From Elusimicrobiota bacterium (GTDB taxonomy: Bacteria; CG03; SLGR01; JBDRKX01): DNA of 24,144 nucleotides. Made by a program: the position numbers and the translations under genes. How positions within the stretch are numbered: position 1 is the first letter of the stretch; every line of letters starts with the position of its first letter. The stretch covers positions 1 to 24,144 of the forward strand of contig JBDRKX010000124.1 in the NCBI GenBank assembly GCA_043813605.1, read 5' to 3'. Below the pieces are notes generated by a model, which saw nothing but the letters and a program-made list of their open reading frames with translations, did not search any database and was not told the origin of the DNA. Below are positions 8,320-16,919 of the stretch, piece after piece.

Positions 8320-10257
8320 ATGTGCGGTATATGCGGAATCATAAACTATAACGGCAGATCTGTAGACAAGGATCTTCTTGTAAGGATGAACTCTCTCCTT
8401 GCACACCGCGGGCCCGATGACGAAGGGTACTATTTCGGTTCGAGCAGTAACAGAAAAAAGAACATCGGCCTTGCAATGAAACGGCTCAGTATTATAGATT
8501 TGGAGAGTGGTCATCAGCCGATACACAACGAGGATAAGACCAAGTGGATAGTGTTTAATGGTGAGAACTATTCATTTCAGCAATCCAGAAAAACTCTTGA
8601 AGGAAAACACCGATTTTATACTGTGTCGGATGTAGAGAGCGTAGTGCATCTTTACGAGGAATACGGTTCCGGTTGTCTTGAACACCTGAGAGGTATGTTC
8701 GCTTTTGCAATATGGGATGAGAAAAAGGATACTCTTTTCCTGGCAAGAGACAGGCTGGGGCAGAAACCGCTCTATTATACCTGGCAGGAAGGCAATTTTT
8801 ATTTCTCTTCCGAGATGAAATCTTTTCTGGAGATCCCGGAATTCCGTAAACAGGTAAATATAGAAGCAATAGACCATTATCTGACATACCAGTTCATCCC
8901 GGCGCCTATGACGATATGGAAGAATGTCTATGCATTGAAACCGGCGACTTATATGCTGGTTGACAGTCAGAACACTGTTAGCACCGGGAAATACTGGGAT
9001 CTGGATTTTAGGACTAAAACCGGACTGACATATGAAGAATCAAAGTTAAAAATAAGGGAATTGCTCAAAGAAGCCACCAGACTGAGGATGATCGCGGATG
9101 TGCCGTTGGGACTATTCCTCTCCGGTGGACATGATTCATCTATTATTGCAGGTCTGATGAGTGAAATCTCTCAAAAACAGATAAAAACTTTTTCGATAGG
9201 TTTCAATGAAGACGAATTCTCGGAATTGGAATACGCCCGTATAATTGCAGAGCGGCTCAATACCGATCACCACGAATTTATCGTTAAGCCGGGTTATATA
9301 GATATACTCGAGGATATTGTCTGGTATTATGACCAGCCATATGCCGACTGCTCGGCACTACCCAGTTATTTCCTGACCAGGGAGACAAGGAAGCATGTGA
9401 AAGTGGCTCTGAATGGAGACGGCGGTGACGAGAATTTTACAGGGTATTTGAAACTGAAAGCTCTAAAAGCGTCCAGGTATGTATCTCCATTTTTTAAAAT
9501 TATGCCGGATGCAGCGCTTAAACTGATACTGAAATGTATCCCGATGAATGAGTCTATCCATGCCAGAAAGAGTATGAGGTATGTTCACAGGTTTATTGAA
9601 CCGATAAAAGATGATGCCGCTCTGAAGAATATAATCTGGAGAGCTTATTTTACATCTGAAATGAAAAATCAGATCTATTCAGAAGATATGAAAGAAGATC
9701 TGAAGGGGGCCGATTCGTATCGCTATCTGCTGGATATATTCAGGAATGCTCCTGCAGATAATGACATGGACAGAATGCTTTATTCGGATATCGTATCGTA
9801 TCTGCCGGATGACCTTCTTGTAAAAATGGATATAGCATCAATGGCAAATTCGCTTGAAACCCGATCCCCGTTTCTGGACCATAAGCTGATTGAGTTTACA
9901 AGTTCTTTACCCGCTAACTGGAAACTGAAAGGTTTTGAAAGCAAATACATATTAAAAGATACATTTAGAGATTATCTGCCCGATAAGATCATGAAACGCG
10001 GTAAACAGGGATTCAGCATACCTCTGGGCAAATGGTTCAGGGGGGAATTAAAGGACTACATGATTGATACTCTGCTCTCATCCGATTCTCTGGGAAGAGG
10101 TTATTTCAATGAAAATAACCTGAAGGGATTCATCAACAGTCATATTTCCGGGAAAAAGGATTACGGATTCTGTCTATGGGCTCTGTTGATGCTGGAATTA
10201 TGGCATAAAGTTTTTATTGATGCAGATGTAAACGCGGGGAAACATTTATTGAGATGA
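8320..10257 (+). CDS. asnB: Asparagine synthase (glutamine-hydrolysing)-family amidotransferase, second paralogue
   Basis: N-terminal MCGICG (Ntn nucleophile Cys), HRGPDDEG, RLSIID, QPIHNE, NGE, RGMFAFA, ARDRLGQKPL, SGGHDSS, GDGGDENF, LETRSPFLD, KQGF. The symbol denotes family only. Confidence 0.94.
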   Translation: MCGICGIINYNGRSVDKDLLVRMNSLLAHRGPDDEGYYFGSSSNRKKNIGLAMKRLSIIDLESGHQPIHNEDKTKWIVFNGENYSFQQSRKTLEGKHRFYTVSDVESVVHLYEEYGSGCLEHLRGMFAFAIWDEKKDTLFLARDRLGQKPLYYTWQEGNFYFSSEMKSFLEIPEFRKQVNIEAIDHYLTYQFIPAPMTIWKNVYALKPATYMLVDSQNTVSTGKYWDLDFRTKTGLTYEESKLKIRELLKEATRLRMIADVPLGLFLSGGHDSSIIAGLMSEISQKQIKTFSIGFNEDEFSELEYARIIAERLNTDHHEFIVKPGYIDILEDIVWYYDQPYADCSALPSYFLTRETRKHVKVALNGDGGDENFTGYLKLKALKASRYVSPFFKIMPDAALKLILKCIPMNESIHARKSMRYVHRFIEPIKDDAALKNIIWRAYFTSEMKNQIYSEDMKEDLKGADSYRYLLDIFRNAPADNDMDRMLYSDIVSYLPDDLLVKMDIASMANSLETRSPFLDHKLIEFTSSLPANWKLKGFESKYILKDTFRDYLPDKIMKRGKQGFSIPLGKWFRGELKDYMIDTLLSSDSLGRGYFNENNLKGFINSHISGKKDYGFCLWALLMLELWHKVFIDADVNAGKHLLR

Positions 10258-11663
10258 AAAAAAACGATAAACAGAATTTCGATCTTCTGGCACAGAATAA
10301 AAAGTTCTGGAAAAACAGAGATAATTACTACAACAGAGAGTTGCGCAGATCTTACAGCTATATAGTGCCGGAAGATTCTATTATTCTTGAACTGGGTTGC
10401 GCTGGGGGAGATCTTCTAAATAGTTTAAAGCCTGCCAGGGGAGTAGGAATAGATATTAGCACAAATATGCTCCAATATGCTCGGAAGAGAAACCCTGAAT
10501 TAGAATATATAGAAGGAGATGTTGAGCAAATAAGTGAGCCTAATGAGACATTTGAGTATGTCATAGGTGCTGATCTTGTAGGACATCTTGATGATATATA
10601 TGGGTTTCTTAATAATATAAAAAGATTCTGTAATAGCGATACGAGGGTTATCTTTTCTTTTTACAATAATATCTGGCTGCCTATTGTAAAAATGGGGGAA
10701 ATACTCGGGTTGAAATCCAAGACAAGAATACAGCATTGGGTTTCCATCAATGATATGGATAACTTACTCAGGATCTGCGGTTATAAATTGATCAACAAGG
10801 ACAAGTTTATGCTTATCCCTGTATATATCCCCTTGATAGGATATTTTATCAACAGGTTTATCGCACCGTTACCGCTTATAAAAAACTTTTGCCTTGTCCA
10901 ATCTGTTATAGCAAGGAAGATAACCGGAGAAAAGAAGGATTACACATGTTCGATAATAGTGCCTTCTGTAAATGAAAAAGGCAATATTGAGGAACTGGTA
11001 AATCGTATGCCAAAGTTTGGAAGCGATATGGAGATCATTTTCGTTGACGGTGGTTCTACTGACGGTACGATTGAAGAAATCGAACGTATGATAACCGAGC
11101 ATCCTGAAAAAGATATCTCTCTTATCCATCAGGGGGGCTTTTTAGGTAAAAATGATGCAGTCAGAAAAGGTTTTATTAAATCTAAGGGAGAGATATTATT
11201 TATTGAAGATTCAGATATAACCGTCGATCCGGAGACTCTAACTGAATTTTATGAAATCATTTCTTCCGGAAGAGGTGAATTCATAAATGGAAGCCGACTT
11301 GTGTATGCGCTTGATCAAAAGGCAATGCGTTTTTTGAATATACTCGGCAACATGGTCTTCTCGGCGATCTTTACATATTTACTTAATCAGAAGATAAAAG
11401 ATACGCTGTGCGGTACAAAAGTAATATTTAAAAGGCACTGGGAAGAGGTGAACAAGAGCAGGGAGTATTTCGGTGATTTTGACCCATTCGGTGATTTTGA
11501 GCTGCTTTTTGGTGCGGCTAAACTGAATCTCGATATTGTAGAACTGCCTGTAAAATACAGGGCAAGGAAGTATGGTGATATAAAGATCCAGAGATTTCGT
11601 CATGGACTGATGCTTTTAAAAATGGCATTCATAGGTTTTATAAAACTGAAAGTCAATACTTAA
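10254..11663 (+). CDS. Fusion of a class I SAM methyltransferase and a GT2 (DPM1-like polyprenyl-phosphate sugar synthase) domain
   Basis: N-half ILELGCAGGDLL, GIDIS, GDVE. C-half SIIVPSVNEKGNI, FVDGGSTDGT, GKNDAVRKGF, EDSD (DxD), NGSRL, DTLCGTK, GDFELL, ELPVKYRARKYG. ATGA overlap with the upstream gene. Confidence 0.88.
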   Translation: MKKNDKQNFDLLAQNKKFWKNRDNYYNRELRRSYSYIVPEDSIILELGCAGGDLLNSLKPARGVGIDISTNMLQYARKRNPELEYIEGDVEQISEPNETFEYVIGADLVGHLDDIYGFLNNIKRFCNSDTRVIFSFYNNIWLPIVKMGEILGLKSKTRIQHWVSINDMDNLLRICGYKLINKDKFMLIPVYIPLIGYFINRFIAPLPLIKNFCLVQSVIARKITGEKKDYTCSIIVPSVNEKGNIEELVNRMPKFGSDMEIIFVDGGSTDGTIEEIERMITEHPEKDISLIHQGGFLGKNDAVRKGFIKSKGEILFIEDSDITVDPETLTEFYEIISSGRGEFINGSRLVYALDQKAMRFLNILGNMVFSAIFTYLLNQKIKDTLCGTKVIFKRHWEEVNKSREYFGDFDPFGDFELLFGAAKLNLDIVELPVKYRARKYGDIKIQRFRHGLMLLKMAFIGFIKLKVNT

Positions 11664-11666
11664 AAT

Positions 11667-12389
11667 ATGACTACGCATGAAGATGAGTTAATTCAGGGAA
11701 GAAATATAAAGGATACTGCGGAAAAGGTATGGGGTTGGGAAACCCCGGCAGGTAAAGTCCGGCTTAACAAAAGATTTGAGGTCTATAAAGAAGCAATAGG
11801 CGGCAAAAATAAAATCCTGGAAATAGGCTGCGGGACTGGTTTAATGACAAAAAAACTTTCAGATTACGGTTTTAATGTTACAGCTTTGGATATATCGCCT
11901 GAATTACTGGAAAAAGCTAAAACCAGAGTTAATAATAAGAATACAATTTTTGTATGCGCAGATGTACACACAATGCCGTTCGAAAGTAATTCATTTGAAG
12001 CTGTAATAGGTGTCTCCGTGTTACATCATACCCGAATTGATGAAGTGCTAAAAGAAATAAAAAGAGTGCTGCTCCCCGGAGGGAGGATACTTTTCAGTGA
12101 GCCGAATATGATGAATCCGCAAATATTTATTATGAAAAATTCCCGTTTAATCGGAAATATCATGAATGAAGTTCCCGGTGAAACAGCATTTACACGCGGC
12201 AAATTAAAGAAGATTATTGAAAAAGCAGGTTTTAGTGAAGTATCAATTAAACCATTTGACTTTATTCATCCATCCGTACCCGGATTATTTCTGAATATTT
12301 TTGCAACTATTTCAATAGTGCTGGAAAAAATATTTTTAATTAAAGAGATTGCAGGCTCGCTGCTTATTTCCGGGTATAAACAGCAGTGA
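11667..12389 (+). CDS. Class I SAM-dependent methyltransferase
   Basis: ILEIGCGTG, ALDIS, ADVHTMPF, SFEAVIGVSVLHH, RVLLPGG, FSEPN. Confidence 0.9.
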   Translation: MTTHEDELIQGRNIKDTAEKVWGWETPAGKVRLNKRFEVYKEAIGGKNKILEIGCGTGLMTKKLSDYGFNVTALDISPELLEKAKTRVNNKNTIFVCADVHTMPFESNSFEAVIGVSVLHHTRIDEVLKEIKRVLLPGGRILFSEPNMMNPQIFIMKNSRLIGNIMNEVPGETAFTRGKLKKIIEKAGFSEVSIKPFDFIHPSVPGLFLNIFATISIVLEKIFLIKEIAGSLLISGYKQQ

Positions 12390-13024
12390 TGATATATATT
12401 CCAAAAAAATCATTACTTATAAAAACTAATCCTGAAGATCCGCTAGACTATTATTATAATCCATTTACCAGTTGGTTCTATCGTAAACGCTTGAAAATGG
12501 CGCAGCAATTCTTGAAGGAAGAACAGGTTGGCCGAATTCTTGATATCGGTTATGGCTGCGGCCTTCTAATGCCTGAATTGAGTCGTCATGCTGATGAAGT
12601 TCATGGACTTGATACACATGACAAAGCTGCGGAGGTTAAAGCCATTTTAGGGAATTTACAAGTGTTTCCGGAACTTGTAAAAGGGAGCATATATGAACTA
12701 CCTTATGAAACCGGGTTTTTTGATATAGTAGTGAGTATAAGTGTAATGGAACATATTAAGCATTTGGAAAAAGCGTTTAAAGAGATGAAACGCATTACAA
12801 AAGAAAATGGAATTTGCATTTTGGGTTTTCCAGTTAAGAACAGGATAACTAAAATGCTTTTTAAAGCACTGGATTTTAATTCAGATGAAAATCATGTTTC
12901 AAGCCATTCAATGATCATAGATAGTTTCAAAGGGTATTACCACATAACCGGTATGAATAGATTCCCCGGCTGGATTAATAGGGATTATGCTCTATATATT
13001 ACAGTAAGGGGTGTAAATAGATGA
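12389..13024 (+). CDS. Class I SAM-dependent methyltransferase
   Basis: ILDIGYGCG, GLD, GSIYELPY, FDIVVSISVMEH, RITKENG. ATG at 12389 in a TGATG overlap (an in-frame GTG at 12386 is the alternative). Confidence 0.88.
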   Translation: MIYIPKKSLLIKTNPEDPLDYYYNPFTSWFYRKRLKMAQQFLKEEQVGRILDIGYGCGLLMPELSRHADEVHGLDTHDKAAEVKAILGNLQVFPELVKGSIYELPYETGFFDIVVSISVMEHIKHLEKAFKEMKRITKENGICILGFPVKNRITKMLFKALDFNSDENHVSSHSMIIDSFKGYYHITGMNRFPGWINRDYALYITVRGVNR

Positions 13025-14610
13025 AAAAACAATATGTATATATATTTTTAGCGGTGCTTGTGGCAGGGTCTTTTTTAAGGTTGTATGGTCTGAAAAAGAA
13101 AGGTCTGTTTTTGTGGGATGAATCTTATTATTCTCTTGAAGCCAGGACATTGTACAGAATGGCAGATTGGGTTTTTAATAAAGAAAAAAGAAGTGAGCCA
13201 TTAAAGACGTATCTTATTAACCAAGGCTGTATACTTCCGACAGGTGTCGGCAAGCCCGGGTATATCTGGCCTTTTTCATTTATATCTTTTCTAAGCGGCA
13301 GTAAAGATTATAGCGGTTTTTTACTTTCCGCTGCCGCAGGAATATTATCAATGATGATTCTGTTTTTTATTGTAAAGATATTTTATTCTCAATCTGCTGC
13401 ATTTTTTGCATTTGTATTAATGGCTTTTTCAGGGACCTCTATTATTTATTCCCGTGTTGCTCTTAGTAATTCACTAACAATACTTATGCTTTTAGCAGGG
13501 GTATACGTGTATATTAAATCAATATCCGCAGATGAAGTGGAATTGAAGCGAATTTCATTAGCAGGATTAATTATAGGATATGCTTATACATGCCATTATT
13601 CATTGCTGCCGAATATCGGACTTTTTATATTGTATGAATTTGTATTTTTGATAAAAAAAAGGCATTTTAAAAGATTTGCAATATTTATTTTATCACCTCT
13701 AAGTTTCCCTGTTTTCTTTGAAATTATATATAGAGGGCTGCTTGTAGGTTGCAAAGGAGCTTTGGATAATATCAATTATCTTACATATTTTGAGTATCTT
13801 ATCAGGCAATATACAATGGTAGGTTCGGGTAATATGAGTATAGCCGGATTAATATCTCAGGATAATTTGTTTTATATAAAACGTATTATTAATCAAGAAA
13901 ATATAATTGTTATGATTCTGACGCTTGCAGCTTATATTTATATTCCAGTCAAAGTTTTAAAAAAGAAAAGAATATGCGATATTGTTATATATAGTCAGGC
14001 GGTCATCGTTTTTATGTTCTGGGTTTTCAACCCCGGTACTCAGGTCGGCCGCTCTATAGCTGTAGTTATACCGTTTAATATAATACTCATCAGTGCTTCA
14101 ATGGATAATATTATCAATAAAAAGCTTATTTATAAATGGCCGGTAATTATTTTATTATTTTTATTGGTAGCTATGCAAATTGGATTTGTAAAAAAAATTA
14201 TTAGCTTCCGTTCGGGGTATAAAGCAGCTTTCTCTTATCTTAAATCTCAAGGTAGTAAAGAATTGGTCGTTTTACACAATTGGCCTGTCTGGCAGTTCTA
14301 CTTTAATAAAAAGATTTATGGGAATAAAGATCGTATAAAAAATCATATCGACTTGAAAAATTATGCACAAAAAAACAATGTGCGATATTATGCATCAGAT
14401 TATAACAGGTACAGAAGAGTAGCTTCCGATCTGGATGTATTTATTGATGAAAATTATAAACCGGTGTTAAGGTTCCCCTCAGGTATTGAGCATTCAATAG
14501 ATTATATGTATGGAAGAAACGAGCCACCCTTTGTTTATGAAATAAAAAATGACAAACTAAAAGGCAGTATCAGGATATATGAAATTAATGATATTATAAA
14601 AGAAAGGTGA
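13021..14610 (+). CDS. GT-C fold polytopic membrane glycosyltransferase (ArnT/PMT-like) with a soluble C-terminal domain
   Basis: LRLYGL...LFLWDESYY (DE motif after TM1), GKPGY, YSRVALSN, many TM segments, and a hydrophilic C-terminal tail of about 130 aa. ATGA overlap with the upstream gene. Confidence 0.8.
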   Translation: MKKQYVYIFLAVLVAGSFLRLYGLKKKGLFLWDESYYSLEARTLYRMADWVFNKEKRSEPLKTYLINQGCILPTGVGKPGYIWPFSFISFLSGSKDYSGFLLSAAAGILSMMILFFIVKIFYSQSAAFFAFVLMAFSGTSIIYSRVALSNSLTILMLLAGVYVYIKSISADEVELKRISLAGLIIGYAYTCHYSLLPNIGLFILYEFVFLIKKRHFKRFAIFILSPLSFPVFFEIIYRGLLVGCKGALDNINYLTYFEYLIRQYTMVGSGNMSIAGLISQDNLFYIKRIINQENIIVMILTLAAYIYIPVKVLKKKRICDIVIYSQAVIVFMFWVFNPGTQVGRSIAVVIPFNIILISASMDNIINKKLIYKWPVIILLFLLVAMQIGFVKKIISFRSGYKAAFSYLKSQGSKELVVLHNWPVWQFYFNKKIYGNKDRIKNHIDLKNYAQKNNVRYYASDYNRYRRVASDLDVFIDENYKPVLRFPSGIEHSIDYMYGRNEPPFVYEIKNDKLKGSIRIYEINDIIKER

Positions 14611-14713
14611 ATTAACAGCTTATGTATAGTGACAAAAAGTATCACTGGTAATCCCGGACTGAAATGAAGGGAAATTAATAAAACCGACATTAGGAAATGG
14701 GATTATTGTTAAA

Positions 14714-15970
14714 TTGAATATGTATATATCGAAAAAAACAATATATTTTATAATCATACCTCTCATAGCAGCGTTCTGTCTGCGGTTCGGCTATGCGATA
14801 TACATGGGCAATAAAAAACCGGTAAAGGATGCAAGTGGATATGATATGCTGGGATATAATCTGGCAGAGTACGGAGTTTACGGTTTTTCTCCCGACAAAC
14901 CGACATACAGACGTGTGCCTGTATATCCTTTATTCCTGTCGGGAGTGTACAAGGTCTTTGGCCACAATTATCTGGTCGTCAGGATGCTGCAGGCCGTTAT
15001 AGGTGTTTTAACATGTTATCTAGTTTTTGTGCTTGGAAGTAAGGTCTCTTCCCGCAGTGTCGGATGTGTCTCGCTGGTTATCTCATGCATATATCCGTAT
15101 TTTATTTATTACAGCGGTTATCTATTGACAGAAACTTTACTGGTTTTTGTGAGTGTAGTACTGTTGTTGTGTATCGTAGAAGCCTCAAAAAACCCGTCAA
15201 TGAAGAATATTATTGTACTTGGGCTTATTTCCGGAATAAGTGTTCTTTCGAAACCGACATTTATACTTTTTATTCCTGTTATTTGTTTTGGTTTGTTTTT
15301 TACCTGGAAGATCGGATTCGCTGCTTATCTTAAAAGGACGGCTGTAATAGTCTTATTTGCTTTTGTTGCGCTTTTCCCATGGGGATACAGGAATTACAGG
15401 GTATTCGGCAAGTTTATTGTAACACAGTCCGGCGGCGGAAAGAATCTTATGATAAGCACGTATGGTTTTGAAAAGAAGATATATATGCAGGATATGTTGC
15501 ATAAAACTGAAGAAATGAACCCTGTATTCAGAAATAGTACAGTGATGTCGGATGCGGATAAAGACAGATATTATATGAAAACTTCATTGGAATTTGTCAA
15601 AAAAAACCCGATATATTTTCTGGAAATCGGGATCAGAAAATTCTGGAAGATGTGGAAGCCGTACCCTTCCGTAGAATATATTAAGGGTTCAAAAAAATAT
15701 AAAATGTTCCTGGTCGTAATGAGTTTGTGCGGTTATGGCATTTTGCTGCCATTTTGTATAATCGGGATGATATCGAGTCTGAAAAGATGGAGGGATTTTT
15801 TATTCCTGTATCTCATAATATGTTATTTTGCGCTGATACATATGATATTTTGGGGTTTGATAAGATACCGTCTTCCTGTAGCGCCGTATATAATTATATT
15901 CGCAGCAGTGGGAATCATCAATGTATTTAAGAAGATATCCGGTAATCGTTTCGTGAATAAAATGATTTAA
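14714..15970 (+). CDS. GT-C fold membrane glycosyltransferase (ArnT/PMT_2-like), paralogue of 4227..5492
   Basis: KDASGYD, YRRVPVYPLFLS, LLTETL, LSKP, PWGYRNY and LIRYRLP match the motif series of 4227..5492. Start is TTG 14714 or the in-frame ATG 14720. Confidence 0.83.
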   Translation: MNMYISKKTIYFIIIPLIAAFCLRFGYAIYMGNKKPVKDASGYDMLGYNLAEYGVYGFSPDKPTYRRVPVYPLFLSGVYKVFGHNYLVVRMLQAVIGVLTCYLVFVLGSKVSSRSVGCVSLVISCIYPYFIYYSGYLLTETLLVFVSVVLLLCIVEASKNPSMKNIIVLGLISGISVLSKPTFILFIPVICFGLFFTWKIGFAAYLKRTAVIVLFAFVALFPWGYRNYRVFGKFIVTQSGGGKNLMISTYGFEKKIYMQDMLHKTEEMNPVFRNSTVMSDADKDRYYMKTSLEFVKKNPIYFLEIGIRKFWKMWKPYPSVEYIKGSKKYKMFLVVMSLCGYGILLPFCIIGMISSLKRWRDFLFLYLIICYFALIHMIFWGLIRYRLPVAPYIIIFAAVGIINVFKKISGNRFVNKMI

Positions 15971-15983
15971 AAGGGAGCAACAA

Positions 15984-16919
15984 GTGAAGAAAATGCTGAG
16001 AATAGCGGTTAAATGCATCGGCCTTGTGATCTTTGCTTTGATCGTATGTAATACTGACTGGAAAAAACTGTACGTGGTTTTCAGTCAAGTTAATCCTGTT
16101 AAACTGGTTCCCATATATCTCCTTATTATACCGAATTTGCTGGCTATCGGTTATAAATGGCATTCTGTTCTGCGGAAACTTGCAATAAAACGCACATTTT
16201 ATGCGGATATAAGGCTTTATTTTTCCGGTATGCTCGTCGGAATCATTACTCCCGGAAGGTTAGGCGAGCTCTATCCGGCAATCAGACTGGGTAAAGAAGG
16301 ATACTCGAAGATGAAAGTGGCCTTCTCTATATTACTGACAAGGTTTTTCGACTTTACATGCTTATCCGCAGCAGGTATAGTTTCACTATATATTTTTTTT
16401 AGCAGTATTATGGAGGGGAAAACAATTGTAAAAACGGTTTTATGGTCGGCCTTTGGTGTAATGGCATTGATCATTATAGGGGTATTTCTTTTTAAAGAGC
16501 ATATAAATAATGTGGTAGTTTTTATATTGAGAAAATTATTCAAACTGCAAGTAGAGCAAAATGCTTTATCTGAAGGCCTTTCCGGAATGGATATTGAACT
16601 CTTCATAAAAATAGTGGTATTGACCTTATTTTTCTGGGGCACTTATTTTTATCAGATGTATCTGTTCGGGCATCTGATAGGCGTAGATCTGCCGTTTTTT
16701 ACAATGTTCGGTCTGCTGGCGCTCGTATCTCTGGCAGCGGCCCTTCCTATAACGATGATAGGGCTGGGTACAAGGGAATTCGCTATGATAAGTCTTCTGG
16801 CGGTTTTCGGCGGCTCCAGAGAACAGGCTCTTGCCTTGTCTCTGATGAGTTATTCCATTATGCTGGTCAATGTAGTGATAGCTACTGTTTTCTGGATGCT
16901 GGAGCACGGTAAAGATTGA
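15984..16919 (+). CDS. Lysylphosphatidylglycerol-synthase TM-domain (UPF0104, flippase-like) membrane protein
   Basis: About 8 TM segments; YKW, ITPGRLGE, TRFFD and LPITMIGLGTRE are typical of this family. AAGGGAG RBS at 15971-15977 before GTG. Confidence 0.82.
   Translation: MKKMLRIAVKCIGLVIFALIVCNTDWKKLYVVFSQVNPVKLVPIYLLIIPNLLAIGYKWHSVLRKLAIKRTFYADIRLYFSGMLVGIITPGRLGELYPAIRLGKEGYSKMKVAFSILLTRFFDFTCLSAAGIVSLYIFFSSIMEGKTIVKTVLWSAFGVMALIIIGVFLFKEHINNVVVFILRKLFKLQVEQNALSEGLSGMDIELFIKIVVLTLFFWGTYFYQMYLFGHLIGVDLPFFTMFGLLALVSLAAALPITMIGLGTREFAMISLLAVFGGSREQALALSLMSYSIMLVNVVIATVFWMLEHGKD

Noticed and set aside
8285..8322. TTGACG as the -35 of a leaderless promoter for the second asnB, which has no clear SD before ATG 8320
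   Set aside because: No TAnnnT hexamer at 16-18 nt spacing.
1..10257. Lasso-peptide/RiPP or antibiotic cluster interpretation (AsnB-like cyclase, radical SAM, ABC exporter)
   Set aside because: Both AsnBs have full glutaminase domains; no precursor peptide, RRE or leader peptidase is visible; the context is dominated by glycosyltransferases and WecA.
14628..14646. Inverted repeat AGTGA-N9-TCACT in an intergenic gap
   Set aside because: Arms are only 5 bp, the spacing does not fit CRP/FNR sites, there is no U-tract for a terminator, and I saw no second copy.
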